Origin: Polyangiaceae bacterium
GTDB taxonomy: Bacteria > Myxococcota_A > Polyangia > Polyangiales > Polyangiaceae
DNA: 64,000 bases
Reading direction: 5' to 3'
Assembly (NCBI GenBank): GCA_033763455.1
Contig: JANRKO010000006.1
Location: forward strand, 480,001 to 544,000
Below the pieces are notes generated by a model. The model made no database searches and was not told the DNA's origin. It saw nothing but the letters and a program-made list of their open reading frames with translations. A program made the position numbers and the translations under genes. How positions within the stretch are numbered: position 1 is the first letter of the stretch; each line of letters begins with the position of its first letter. Shown in pieces: positions 11,019 to 21,195 of the stretch.

Positions 11019-11555
11019 ATGGCCCAACTAAAACCGGCACGCGGGGCTGCCACCAAGTCTGTCAGAGCCGCTATCATCAAGGCGAAGCCTTCCGCTCGGG
11101 GCACGGCCCCAAAGGCTTGTGTCTATGTGTTAAGTGGCCCGAATCTCAATCGCTTGGGGAAGCGAGAACCAGAAGTTTACGGCAAAACAACGCTCGAAGA
11201 AGTGCACACGGAGCTCGCACGCTTGGCTCAAGAAGCGGGCGCAAGCGTGGTATGTCGGCAGAGCAACTACGAGGGCGAGCTCATCGGTTGGATCGAGGAA
11301 GCTCAAGACATCGGAGCGCACGCGATCCTGATCAATCCCGGGGCTCTCACCCACACCTCCTACGCGCTTCACGACGCTATCAAAGGCGCTGGGCTGCCCA
11401 CCGTGGAGGTCCACATCTCTAATCCCGCGGCCCGGGAAGCGTTCCGACATCACTCGTGTGTGGCCCGAGCGTGCCTGGGCACGGTTTCGGGATTTGGGGC
11501 CGCCTCCTACAGGCTGGCACTGGCCGGTATTTTAGCCCGGCTTGCCTCTTCCTGA
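11019..11555 (+). CDS. aroQ: Type II 3-dehydroquinate dehydratase
   Basis: GPNLNRLGKREPEVYG, QSNYEGELI, INPGALTH, VEVHISN. Confidence 0.95.
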   Translation: MAQLKPARGAATKSVRAAIIKAKPSARGTAPKACVYVLSGPNLNRLGKREPEVYGKTTLEEVHTELARLAQEAGASVVCRQSNYEGELIGWIEEAQDIGAHAILINPGALTHTSYALHDAIKGAGLPTVEVHISNPAAREAFRHHSCVARACLGTVSGFGAASYRLALAGILARLASS

Positions 11556-11690
11556 GCAGGCTTGCTCTGAAATAACGCGCTGCGACGCTGGGTAATCGCA
11601 TCGCGTAGCGGAATTCGCGCCCACAACGTGTTGTCTCGTCGGGCCTCTCTCGACTACGTTCGGCCGCCAAAGCGCCGGAGGCAGACAATC

Positions 11691-12152
11691 GTGGATATTC
11701 CCCTTAAGCAACTCAAACACCTTCTGAAAACCCTTGAAGAAGGAAAGGTGAACGAGTTTGAGTTCGAAGACGAGAAACATCGAATTCGTGTGTCGTTTGG
11801 CCACGGCGGTACGCCCATGGTTGCTGCGGCGTCGTTCCCAGCAGCGGCTCCCCAGGCCGCTTCTCCGGCGGCGGCTCCAGCACTTGCGGCCCCAGCTACG
11901 GCTGCGGCAGATGACAGCGTCTACGTGACGTCTCCCTTCGTGGGGACTTTTTACCGAGCCTCCTCGCCTGAGGGCGAGCCCTTTGTCAACGTCGGCACTC
12001 AGGTAACGGCGGGTAAGGCGCTTTGCATCGTGGAAGCAATGAAGCTCATGAACGAAATTGAAGCTGAATTTTCGTGCACGATTTTGGAAATCCTGGTCGA
12101 AAACGGGAAAAGCGTGGAATTCGGGCAAAAGCTCTTCCGCGTGAAGAAGTAG
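11691..12152 (+). CDS. accB: Biotin carboxyl carrier protein
   Basis: Ala/Pro linker, SPFVGTFYRA, EAMKLMNEI biotinylation motif. Confidence 0.96.
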   Translation: MDIPLKQLKHLLKTLEEGKVNEFEFEDEKHRIRVSFGHGGTPMVAAASFPAAAPQAASPAAAPALAAPATAAADDSVYVTSPFVGTFYRASSPEGEPFVNVGTQVTAGKALCIVEAMKLMNEIEAEFSCTILEILVENGKSVEFGQKLFRVKK

Positions 12153-12187
12153 CCCCCACAAAATCCGCCTCTCACCCCTCGGACAAT

Positions 12188-13537
12188 ATGTTCAAAAAGG
12201 TTCTCATCGCCAATCGCGGCGAAATTGCGATTCGGATCATTCGGGCTTGCCGTGAACTCGGCATTCGTACGGTTGCCGTGCATTCCGATGTGGACGCCAC
12301 GGCTCTGCACGCGCGTTTTGCGGACGAGGCCATCTGCATTGGTCCGGGCGCCGCCACCCAAAGTTATCTCAATATAGCGGCAATTATCAGCGCAGCCGAG
12401 ATAGCTGCGGCTGACGCGATTCACCCCGGCTATGGGTTTCTGTCGGAGAACTCGAAGTTCGCGCAAATTGTGGAAAAATGTGGCCTTACCTTCATTGGCC
12501 CGAGCTCGCAGTCGATGCAGCAATGGGGGGATAAGCTTTCTGCGCGAGAGGTAGCCAAAACGTTCGGCTTGCCTCTACTCCCGGGAAGCGTGGCGCTCGA
12601 TAACGCCGCCCACGCCGAGGCGGAAGCGAAACGGGTTGGCTTCCCGGTTATGATAAAGGCCCGCGGAGGTGGCGGCGGCAGAGGCATGCGTGTTGTGCGC
12701 ACCTTGGACGAAGTGGCACGCGCCTTCGAATCCGCGTCCGCTGAAGCTCTCTCAGCGTTCAAGAATCCGGAACTCTATCTGGAACGCTTCATTGAGCGCC
12801 CCAAGCATATCGAGTTTCAGGCCCTAGGGGATAAGCACGGGCAGGTGTGGACGTTGGGCGAACGCGAGTGTTCGTTGCAGCGCAGGAATCAAAAATTGAT
12901 CGAAGAAGCTCCGAGCCCTTCCATCAGCGAAGAGCTGCGCACCACCATGGGCGAGCGCATTCGCAAAGCGATTCGTGAGACGGGCTACACCGGCCTTGGC
13001 ACCTTGGAGTTCTTGTTGGACGAAGACAAGCAGCTCTACTTCATGGAGATGAACACCCGCGTGCAGGTGGAGCACCCGGTTACCGAGGTGGCCACGGGGG
13101 TGGACTTGGTGATCGAACAAATTCGTGCGGCGGCGGGCGAAAAACTAGATCTTCCAGACACTCGCTCTTGGAAGTTCCGCGGTCACGCCATTGAGTGTCG
13201 GATAATGGCCGAGGATCCGGTCACATTTGCCCCAAGCCCCGGGAAAATCACGGAATATCACCCGGCGGGCGGTAACGGAACACGGGTTGATTCGGGCATC
13301 TACGGTGGCTTCACCGTGCCCCCCTTCTACGATTCCCTGCTGGCCAAGGTGATCACCTCGGGGCCCACTCGGCAGGTCGCGATCACTCGTATGTTGCGAG
13401 CCCTGGATGAGTTCATTGTGGGTGGCATCAAGACCAACATCCCCTTGCACAAACGCTTGCTTGTGGAGCCGGAGATGGTGGATGGCACGATGACCACGCG
13501 CACCGTCGAGAACATGTTAGCTCGCCCTCAGCGTTGA
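12188..13537 (+). CDS. accC: Biotin carboxylase
   Basis: MFKKVLIANRGEIA, HPGYGFLSEN, GGGGRGM, ERECSLQRR, FMEMNTRVQVEHPVTE. Confidence 0.97.
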   Translation: MFKKVLIANRGEIAIRIIRACRELGIRTVAVHSDVDATALHARFADEAICIGPGAATQSYLNIAAIISAAEIAAADAIHPGYGFLSENSKFAQIVEKCGLTFIGPSSQSMQQWGDKLSAREVAKTFGLPLLPGSVALDNAAHAEAEAKRVGFPVMIKARGGGGGRGMRVVRTLDEVARAFESASAEALSAFKNPELYLERFIERPKHIEFQALGDKHGQVWTLGERECSLQRRNQKLIEEAPSPSISEELRTTMGERIRKAIRETGYTGLGTLEFLLDEDKQLYFMEMNTRVQVEHPVTEVATGVDLVIEQIRAAAGEKLDLPDTRSWKFRGHAIECRIMAEDPVTFAPSPGKITEYHPAGGNGTRVDSGIYGGFTVPPFYDSLLAKVITSGPTRQVAITRMLRALDEFIVGGIKTNIPLHKRLLVEPEMVDGTMTTRTVENMLARPQR

Positions 13538-13655
13538 GGGCGCCCAGTCGGCGTGAGCTGATCCGGCGTTTGAGGGACCGGCGTTGAACGGAGCCGCTGG
13601 TTGTGCAGAGCCGAACGTCTTGCGGAGCTGCCTGCCGAACCCTACCGTAGGGGCA

Positions 13656-14696
13656 GTGGAAAGTCTGGGAGCGCGAGTTTTGACCGGCGAAGTGCGCGCC
13701 GCGGCCCGCGCATGTCGCTTGGTGGATGATCGCGGCCAAGGCTACCGTGAGTTGCTCAAGGAGCTGTACCCGCACACGCTTAGGGCTTTTTGGATCGGCA
13801 TTACGGGTAGCCCAGGCGCCGGCAAAAGCACGCTTGGGGCGCGGCTGGTTCAGCATTTTCGCAGCCAAGGGCGGCGGGTTGGGGTCGTGGCGATTGATCC
13901 ATCGAGCCCTTTTTCAGGCGGTGCCATCCTCGGCGATCGGATCCGGATGCAGGAGCATTTTGAAGATCCTGAGGTTTTCATACGTTCGGTGGCCACGCGC
14001 GGAGCCCAAGGGGGGCTTTCACGTTCAGCCGTAGATATTGCCCGAGTGCTCAGCGCTTGGGGCGCCGACGTGGTGCTCCTTGAAACGGTAGGGGTCGGTC
14101 AAGATGAGCTTGAGGTGGCGTTTGCTGCCCATACTACCTTGGTGGTGATGGCACCCGGCATGGGCGATGGAGTGCAGGCGATCAAAGCCGGGCTTCTCGA
14201 AGTTGCGGACGTGTTTGCGGTCAACAAGGCGGATCTGCCGGGGGCTGCTAGCACCGCGGCGGATCTGGAACAGATGTTGAGCCTAGGCCAAGAACCAGCG
14301 ATGGCAAGCGCTGGGCACCACGGGTATTCGCACGCAATGCCGATGGGCCAGGAAAGGGCCGCGGAGGATGCTTGGCGGGGCACTGGAAAACAGAGCTTTC
14401 GCCCACCCGTCGTTACGTGCGTAGCGAGCCTTGGGGTAGGGATCCAAGAGGTCGTGGCGGCGCTTGAGGAGCATCGGATTTGGCAACAAACATCTCCTGA
14501 AGGGCAGCTTGCAAGGCTGGCTCGTGGGAGGCAGGCCCTGCTCAATACGCTTCGCGACGAGGCCGCGCGCGTGGTTTTGGAACGCCACGCCGTGGAGCTG
14601 GAGGAGCTGGTGGGGCTCATAGAAGCGGGCCGCTTGGATCCGTATTCGGCTTGCGAACGGTTGCTCGCCGCGGCCGCAGCTTTACTGTTGCGTTGA
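13656..14696 (+). CDS. meaB: Second MeaB/ArgK-family GTPase
   Basis: GITGSPGAGKST, DPSSPFSGGAILGDRIRM, ETVGVGQ, NKAD; start uncertain (13584 or 13656). Confidence 0.9.
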   Translation: MESLGARVLTGEVRAAARACRLVDDRGQGYRELLKELYPHTLRAFWIGITGSPGAGKSTLGARLVQHFRSQGRRVGVVAIDPSSPFSGGAILGDRIRMQEHFEDPEVFIRSVATRGAQGGLSRSAVDIARVLSAWGADVVLLETVGVGQDELEVAFAAHTTLVVMAPGMGDGVQAIKAGLLEVADVFAVNKADLPGAASTAADLEQMLSLGQEPAMASAGHHGYSHAMPMGQERAAEDAWRGTGKQSFRPPVVTCVASLGVGIQEVVAALEEHRIWQQTSPEGQLARLARGRQALLNTLRDEAARVVLERHAVELEELVGLIEAGRLDPYSACERLLAAAAALLLR

Positions 14697-15749
14697 TTCG
14701 AGGAGCTTGCCTTGGCAGCGCAGCTTACCGACTAACGCGAGGGCGAGCCCTTCCGCTTGGGGCGACAGCGGTGCGTAGTGGAGGAACGGCGCATACGCTT
14801 GACCTTCGCGGGCGGTCCATTTCAAGAATTGGGCAAGTGCGTGGCGTTTAGCGCAGTCCTCACCGTCTTCGTGGACCAAGATATAGGAAAATGAACTAAT
14901 CGGGTACGCCCCGGGGGCAGAGCTATTGAGGAGTGATGCGGTAGCATTGCCTGACACCGGGCCAGTTGCGGCGGTAACGCTATCGAGTGATGGCCCCACG
15001 TACGCGTTGGCGCCGTTCCAGATTTTTGCGACGGAAAGGCCGAATGCGCGTGCGTGATTGAGTGGCACGTAGCTGATGGCCCCTGGGGTTGTGCGTACCA
15101 TCTCCGCCACCCCGGAGTTGCCGTCGCGAAGAGCCAAGCCGGGCACGAGCACTTTGGAACGTACCCCTATGGTTTGCTTCCAAGTGAGGCTCACTAGGCT
15201 GAGGTATTGGGTAAACACCTTGGTGGTGCCACTCCCGTCCGCGCGGTGCACGAACTGCAGCGGGATGTCCGGGAGCTTTGCTCCGCTGTTGGTTTGCAAG
15301 ACGCGCGGATCCGAAAGTCGAGTGATCTTGCCCGCGGCCAAATCGGCCAATGTTTCCCCGGTGAGTTGCAGGTCACTCAAGCCCGGGATGTTGTAAACGA
15401 TGGAGACAGCCGTGGTGGTGGTGGGGATGTGCAAAACGTCATTACCTGCTTGCACCATTTCATCGGCCGTAAGAGGGGCGTCGCTCGCTCCAAAGTCGGA
15501 CAGATCGGTTTTCATAACCTCCACGCCCCTAGACGAACCCACTGCTTGATACACAATTCGCACGCCTCGTTCCTGCGCGTACTCGGAAATCCACTTCTCA
15601 TAGAGTGGTGCCGGCAGGGTCGCTCCAGTGCCCGTTAAGCTAACGTTGGCGGTGGGTGGGTTTTTGGCACATCCAGACAGCCAGGAAAACCCGGCAAACG
15701 CAAGCCCTCCAACGAGTACCACCCACCTGTGTGTTCGGGTTGTGATCAT
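14682..15749 (-). CDS. pstS: Phosphate ABC transporter substrate-binding lipoprotein
   Basis: Lipobox LSGC, GATLPAPLY, DFGASDAPL, RADGSGTT, AYPISSFSY. Confidence 0.92.
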   Translation of the reverse strand: MITTRTHRWVVLVGGLAFAGFSWLSGCAKNPPTANVSLTGTGATLPAPLYEKWISEYAQERGVRIVYQAVGSSRGVEVMKTDLSDFGASDAPLTADEMVQAGNDVLHIPTTTTAVSIVYNIPGLSDLQLTGETLADLAAGKITRLSDPRVLQTNSGAKLPDIPLQFVHRADGSGTTKVFTQYLSLVSLTWKQTIGVRSKVLVPGLALRDGNSGVAEMVRTTPGAISYVPLNHARAFGLSVAKIWNGANAYVGPSLDSVTAATGPVSGNATASLLNSSAPGAYPISSFSYILVHEDGEDCAKRHALAQFLKWTAREGQAYAPFLHYAPLSPQAEGLALALVGKLRCQGKLLESTQQ

Positions 15750-15850
15750 CCTGCTGACCGTGTAACGCGGTCACTGGCCTCTGTTGGTGACGTTCTGAAG
15801 ACAAATCTATGAGCATCAGTCAGCGAAGCGTCGCGTGATTGACACGCTTT

Positions 15851-17290
15851 TCAGTCGATGCGAACTGCCCACATCCGTCGCCCCAATTCGCCCGTCTTCC
15901 GTTCGCTGTAAACCACGTACGCGCTACCGTTCGGGTCAAAGTCTACCGCGATGGCACCTCCATGGCCACATGTCCCAGTCGTGACATCTGGGCAGCTTCC
16001 TAAGACGAGCGGCAGGCTCCAGCCGGCGCTGCTCCCAAGGCGAACCACGATACGATCTGCGACACCGATCCGAGAATAATAGGCGAGCACGGCTCGTCCG
16101 TCGTGCGCCGCCACTACAGGATAACTTGCAGACTCGCCCGCCGCGCTCAGGGAAACTTCCGGCAGCCAGGAGCCTCCTTTCGGGCGTAGGCGAGCGTCTA
16201 CTCGGTAGGAGAGGGGGGCCGCGCTGACCTGCACCATCCACGCCGCAACGGCCGTTCCATCGCTTGCTACTCGGGTAACCGGGAGTGTGACGCTGGCGCC
16301 GGGGCCAGTATCCAGGGATGCGGGCGGGGTCCAGGGGCCTGAGAACACCCCGCGTTCAAGCGTTCTGGCGTGGCCATTCTGTTGGTACACGGTGATGAGG
16401 GTCGCGTCGGGGAAAACGCCCACGCCAAACGCGCGCGGCTCGTTTACCGGAGCATCGAGCGTTTGGGTACGGCCGAAGTCCAAGAGGCCGCCGCCTGCGG
16501 CAAACCGCGCAAAGAAGTGTTCATGAGGTTGGAAGCTACAGGTTCCGGCAACACATCCTCCGTTGACGAGCACGAAACCCGCCGCTGCGGTTCCGTCGGG
16601 GGCGATGGCAACGCGTGGAATGCGGGCATCCAAGTTGGTTTGAGCGCGCAACCAGTGTTCAGGTTGCCAGACACCACCCCGCCGGGTCGAGACCATCGGC
16701 TCACCTGCCGCCGCGACAGGCACTGAGCGTAGCCACGCGAGTACGGCGTCTCCCTGAGGATTTACGCGCAGAGCAGGCGCATAGTCGCCGGCGCTCCCCG
16801 CAACAAATGGTGTTTCTTTGGAGCCAAGGCTAGCGGTTACCTCTCCGCGTTGAATCACAATCCCCGAGCCATCCGAATATGCCACCGTAAGCTCCCCCGC
16901 CTGATCTACGCCCACGCTCGGTCCGTACGCGGAGTCCGGATGATGGGTTCCCAGCAATTCCTCAGTGTGAAAAGTCCCGCCACTCAACCGAGCAACCTTA
17001 GCCTTCCAACCACCGCTACCGTCGCTCTCAAGCCATGCGGCGCCACCGCGCCCCAGCCACGCTGCGACATCCGGGCGATCGGTGAAAACGTCGTCGCTCA
17101 GTTGAAAACGGGTGCTTAAGGTGGCCGTAGGTGGCACCGCGGGAGGTGGGGTGTTCGGGCCATTCACGCATTGTTGCAGTTGGCTGAGCGACACGACGGG
17201 AGCCACAGCGAGCGCGGTTCCCAAGCGAAAGCGGTTCCACAGCTGAGCTAATTGTCGATTGAGGGGCTTACTCGGACTTCGGTTGGGCAT
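15851..17290 (-). CDS. Hypothetical exported protein with beta-propeller-like repeats
   Basis: 479 aa; repeated P-x-V-x4-G-x-A-V-x-A-W units; N-terminal hydrophobic segment followed by Cys. Confidence 0.6.
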   Translation of the reverse strand: MPNRSPSKPLNRQLAQLWNRFRLGTALAVAPVVSLSQLQQCVNGPNTPPPAVPPTATLSTRFQLSDDVFTDRPDVAAWLGRGGAAWLESDGSGGWKAKVARLSGGTFHTEELLGTHHPDSAYGPSVGVDQAGELTVAYSDGSGIVIQRGEVTASLGSKETPFVAGSAGDYAPALRVNPQGDAVLAWLRSVPVAAAGEPMVSTRRGGVWQPEHWLRAQTNLDARIPRVAIAPDGTAAAGFVLVNGGCVAGTCSFQPHEHFFARFAAGGGLLDFGRTQTLDAPVNEPRAFGVGVFPDATLITVYQQNGHARTLERGVFSGPWTPPASLDTGPGASVTLPVTRVASDGTAVAAWMVQVSAAPLSYRVDARLRPKGGSWLPEVSLSAAGESASYPVVAAHDGRAVLAYYSRIGVADRIVVRLGSSAGWSLPLVLGSCPDVTTGTCGHGGAIAVDFDPNGSAYVVYSERKTGELGRRMWAVRID

Positions 17291-17370
17291 GCCGAAGTGG
17301 AAACGGCCGCTGTGCGGGAGTCAAGGTGTCGTGAAGGTTGCGTCGCACGCTTCTCTGGCCATAGGGCACT

Positions 17371-18120
17371 TCAGCGCACCCGCGGAGCTTTGCGCCCGAT
17401 TTCTTCGGCGTGGAAAGCGCTTGGGCATTCTCCGTTCACCGGGCAAGCCGCACACGCAGGCTTTCTTGCGGCGCAGATGCGTCGACCGTGAAAAATTAAC
17501 GTATGGCTGAGGCGATCCCAATCCGACTTAGGGAACATCCGCATCAGATCGAGCTCGATCTTTTCGGGAGTTGATTCTTCGGTCCAGCCCAAGCGCTGGC
17601 TGATGCGTTGTACATGGGTGTCCACCACCACACCTTCCGGGGTTCCGAACGCCACTCCTAGCACCACGTTGGCAGTCTTTCGCCCTACACCGGGTAGGAG
17701 GATCAGCTCGGCCAAGGTTCTCGGTACCGCGCCCTTGTGGCTTTCCACCAGTTGGCGACTAAGCCCAATGATGTTCTTGGCTTTTTGTCGAAACATGCCG
17801 AGGCGGCTCAGCAGTTGTTCGATCTCCGAGGGCTCCGCTGAACCCAACTTTGCCGGTGTGCCGAAGCGCCGGAAGAGCTCGGGTGTAACGAGATTCACGG
17901 CGACGTCGGTGCTCTGCGCCGAAAGCACCGTGGCCACGAGAAGCTCGAAGGGCGATTGGTGATGGAGCTCGCAGTGCGCGTCCGGATGGGCCGCGCACAG
18001 CTTGGCGAACGTGCGCGCGTTATTCGCCTTGGCCGTCGGTTTCGCTGGTTTCAGAGCTTTCGCTGGCTTCGGAGCTTTCGGGGCCGCTGACTTCTTGCCT
18101 GGGGTTTTCCGCGCTGGCAT
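17371..18120 (-). CDS. nth: Endonuclease III
   Basis: [13 protein letters not shown], Hh[21 protein letters not shown], 4Fe-4S C-x6-C-x2-C-x5-C; ATG 18120 with GGAGG 9 nt upstream. Confidence 0.95.
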   Translation of the reverse strand: MPARKTPGKKSAAPKAPKPAKALKPAKPTAKANNARTFAKLCAAHPDAHCELHHQSPFELLVATVLSAQSTDVAVNLVTPELFRRFGTPAKLGSAEPSEIEQLLSRLGMFRQKAKNIIGLSRQLVESHKGAVPRTLAELILLPGVGRKTANVVLGVAFGTPEGVVVDTHVQRISQRLGWTEESTPEKIELDLMRMFPKSDWDRLSHTLIFHGRRICAARKPACAACPVNGECPSAFHAEEIGRKAPRVR

Positions 18121-20695
18121 CGGTGCCTTCCTCCGCGTTCGCTTCACCGTCGATTTCGTCGCTCGCGCCTACGGGCTCCATGGCCACGACTCGCTCGCCT
18201 TCGTCCACCGACATTACCTTCACGCCCTGGGCGTTTCGCCCAGTCTCTCGAATGCCACCGACTTGGGTGCGAATGATCTGGCCCCTATCGGTGATGAGCA
18301 CCAGCTCGTCGTCCAGCTTCACGAGCGCAATGCCCACCACCGGTCCGTTTCGATCGCTCGCGTCGATCAGGATGATGCCCTTGCCGCCGCGATGTTGTTT
18401 TCGAAACTCTTCTAGCGCAGTGCGCTTGCCGTAACCTCGCTCGCACACGGTGAGGACCTGGTCACGATCCGGCTGGGTGCTAGCAAAACCCACCACTTCG
18501 TCCCCCTCGGAGAGCTCGATGGCTTTTACGCCGGCGGTGTTGCGACCCATCGGGCGCACTTGATCTTCTTCGAAGCGGATCGATTTGCCTTGCTTGGTGG
18601 CGATCAGAAGATCGCGCGTTCCGTCGGTGACAGCGGCGGTGAGCAACCGATCATCATCGGCAATCTTGACGCCGATGATGCCCTTTTCTCGGTAATTTTG
18701 ATAATCTAGGATGCTCGTCTTCTTGATTTGTCCGCCACGCGTGAGCGTAATCACAAACAAGCCTTCTTGGATCCCCGGCACTGGTGTGATCGCGGCTACT
18801 CGCTCGCCTTCTTCCATACCAACGAAATTGACAATCGCTCGGCCCTTAGCGTTTCGAGCGGCCGCCGGGATTTCGTAGATCTTCTTTACGTAAACTTTCC
18901 CGCGATCGCTGAAGAAGAACACGAAGCTGTGGGTTGAGGCCACAAAGAGCTGCGTCACGAAATCATCGTCCCGCGCTTCCATCCCTTTGTTGCCTTTGCC
19001 GCCACGCTTCTGCGCTTTGTACGTGGAGAGGGGCGTGCGCTTGATATAGCCCGAGTGAGAAATGGTAACGACCATCTCTTCTTCTTGAATCAGATCTTCG
19101 ACTTGGATTTCGGCTTCGTCTTCGATGATCTCGGTGCGGCGTGGACTCTTGTGTTTGGCCTTGACCTCTTCAAGCTCGGTTACGATGAGGGCCATGAGCA
19201 CCTGCTCGTCGGCCAAGATCGTCTTTAAGCGCGCGATTTCGTCTGAAAGGCTGCCATATTCGGCGGCGAGCTTCTCCTGCTCCAGCCCAGTGAGGCGTGA
19301 AAGGCGCATCTCTAAGATGGCCTTGGCTTGGCGTTCGCTCAAACGATAGTCCGTCCGCTCGCGGGCCGCCGTAATTTCGCTTTCCGGGCGACCTGCGCGG
19401 CGCACGAAAGCTTCAAGGCCCTTGAGCGGGAGATTCATCAGTGCAGCTTTGGCTTCATCGGGATCTTGCGAAGAGCGAATGGTCTTGATGACCAGATCCA
19501 CCTCGGTGATGGCCATCCCGAGGCCCTCGATAATCTCGCGTTGAGCTTCAGATTTTGCGAGGTCGAAACGGGTGCGTCGGCTCACCACTTCACGGCGGTG
19601 CTCCACGAACAGCCTCAGCATTTCCTTCAGGTCGAGAACCGCTGGTCGATTCTCAACGATGGAGAGGTTGATGATGCCAAACGAACACTGCATGTCCGTG
19701 AGCCGGAACAGCTGATTCAACACGACCTGCGGGTGCACGTCTTTTTTGAGCTCGATAACAAGCCGCATGCCATCGCGGTCACTTTCGTCGCGAGCTTCTT
19801 TGATGCCTTCGATGCGCTTATCTCGCATCAGCTCGCCGATCTTGGCGTGCAAGCGCGCCTTGTTGACCTGGTACGGCAACTCGGTAACGACAATCTGTTC
19901 GCGATCTTGGCTGTTGGGCACGGGCTCGGTGAGCGTGCGTGAGCGCATCATCACGCTACCGCGGCCGGTTCTGTACGCCTGCAAGATGCCAGCGCGCCCG
20001 TGAATGATGCCCGCGGTAGGGAAATCTGGCCCCTCCACAAACTTCATTAGATCTTCAATTTGGCATTCCGGGTTGCCGATTAAGTGGATCGTGGCGTCGA
20101 TTACCTCGCCCAGATTGTGTGGAGGAATATTAGTGGCCATACCCACGGCGATACCGCCGGAGCCGTTCACCAATAGGTTGGGGAAGCGCGTGGGAAGCAC
20201 CTCCGGCTCCATCTTCGACTCATCGAAGTTGGGCGTAAAATCGACCGTTTCCTTTTCGATGTCTGTGAGGAGCTCGACCGCAAGCCGAGCCAGGCGACAC
20301 TCCGTGTAACGGTAAGCAGCTGGCCTGTCGCCGTCGACAGAGCCGAAGTTCCCCTGGCCGTCAACGAGCATGTGGCGCATGCTGAAGTCTTGAGCCATGC
20401 GCACTAGCGCGTCGTAGACGCTGGCATCACCGTGTGGGTGATAGTTGCCGAGCACTTCCCCGACCACGGCGGCGCACTTCCTGTACGCCCCACCTGGATT
20501 CAGGTTGAGTTCGCGCATCGCGTACAGGATGCGCCGGTGCACAGGCTTCAGGCCATCACGCACATCGGGGATGGCACGCCCGATGATGACGCTCATCGCG
20601 TAGTCCAAGTAGGACGTACGCATTTCGTCGTGAATGCTGATGGGCTGGGAGTTGGGAGCTGGGGGGCCGGCTGGCGTAGAGGTCTCGTCTGACAT
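18020..20695 (-). CDS. gyrA: DNA gyrase subunit A
   Basis: [40 protein letters not shown], GyrA-box QKRGGKG, acidic tail. Confidence 0.97.
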   Translation of the reverse strand: MSDETSTPAGPPAPNSQPISIHDEMRTSYLDYAMSVIIGRAIPDVRDGLKPVHRRILYAMRELNLNPGGAYRKCAAVVGEVLGNYHPHGDASVYDALVRMAQDFSMRHMLVDGQGNFGSVDGDRPAAYRYTECRLARLAVELLTDIEKETVDFTPNFDESKMEPEVLPTRFPNLLVNGSGGIAVGMATNIPPHNLGEVIDATIHLIGNPECQIEDLMKFVEGPDFPTAGIIHGRAGILQAYRTGRGSVMMRSRTLTEPVPNSQDREQIVVTELPYQVNKARLHAKIGELMRDKRIEGIKEARDESDRDGMRLVIELKKDVHPQVVLNQLFRLTDMQCSFGIINLSIVENRPAVLDLKEMLRLFVEHRREVVSRRTRFDLAKSEAQREIIEGLGMAITEVDLVIKTIRSSQDPDEAKAALMNLPLKGLEAFVRRAGRPESEITAARERTDYRLSERQAKAILEMRLSRLTGLEQEKLAAEYGSLSDEIARLKTILADEQVLMALIVTELEEVKAKHKSPRRTEIIEDEAEIQVEDLIQEEEMVVTISHSGYIKRTPLSTYKAQKRGGKGNKGMEARDDDFVTQLFVASTHSFVFFFSDRGKVYVKKIYEIPAAARNAKGRAIVNFVGMEEGERVAAITPVPGIQEGLFVITLTRGGQIKKTSILDYQNYREKGIIGVKIADDDRLLTAAVTDGTRDLLIATKQGKSIRFEEDQVRPMGRNTAGVKAIELSEGDEVVGFASTQPDRDQVLTVCERGYGKRTALEEFRKQHRGGKGIILIDASDRNGPVVGIALVKLDDELVLITDRGQIIRTQVGGIRETGRNAQGVKVMSVDEGERVVAMEPVGASDEIDGEANAEEGTDASAENPRQEVSGPESSEASESSETSETDGQGE

Positions 20696-20841
20696 GGGCT
20701 TCACAGAGGCCCGGGTTCAGCCTTTTTCAGGCTGATCCGCGTTCGGGCGCACCCGCACAGGTAGCCCAGAGGCGAGCCCCCGACAACACCTCATGGCACA
20801 GTTTATATCGACCCCACACAGGGCTCGGGGGATGTCCAAAT

Positions 20842-21189
20842 TCAGCCAAAAAGGACCTTGTAGGCGAGCAGGAGCAGGCCCACGAGGCCCACCCAGAGCA
20901 GCCACTCGCGCGACCCGGAGTGCGTTCTGTCGAAAGCCGCCTCCAGCTCGGTGACGCGCCGATCCGCCTCGATGAGCCGCATCTCAACGCGCGTGAGCCG
21001 TTCATCGAAAATTGCGTCGTTGCTATCGGCCGGAATAGGGGCCGAGAGCAGCGTATCTTCGGAAGGGCGCCCGGGTTGCCGAGAGGGGCGTCGGCTCGGA
21101 AGGGGGTTGCTCGGAGGGGGCGGGACGGTATCGCTCGTACCCGCGGGAGGGATGCTTGGGAGCGGTGGCTTCGGAGGCTCGCTGGGCAT
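20842..21189 (-). CDS. Small Pro-rich protein with coiled coil and C-terminal TM anchor
   Basis: 115 aa starting 6 nt after the bamA stop; ends WLLWVGLVGLLLLAYKVLFG. Confidence 0.65.
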   Translation of the reverse strand: MPSEPPKPPLPSIPPAGTSDTVPPPPSNPLPSRRPSRQPGRPSEDTLLSAPIPADSNDAIFDERLTRVEMRLIEADRRVTELEAAFDRTHSGSREWLLWVGLVGLLLLAYKVLFG

Positions 21190-21195
21190 CGCCGA

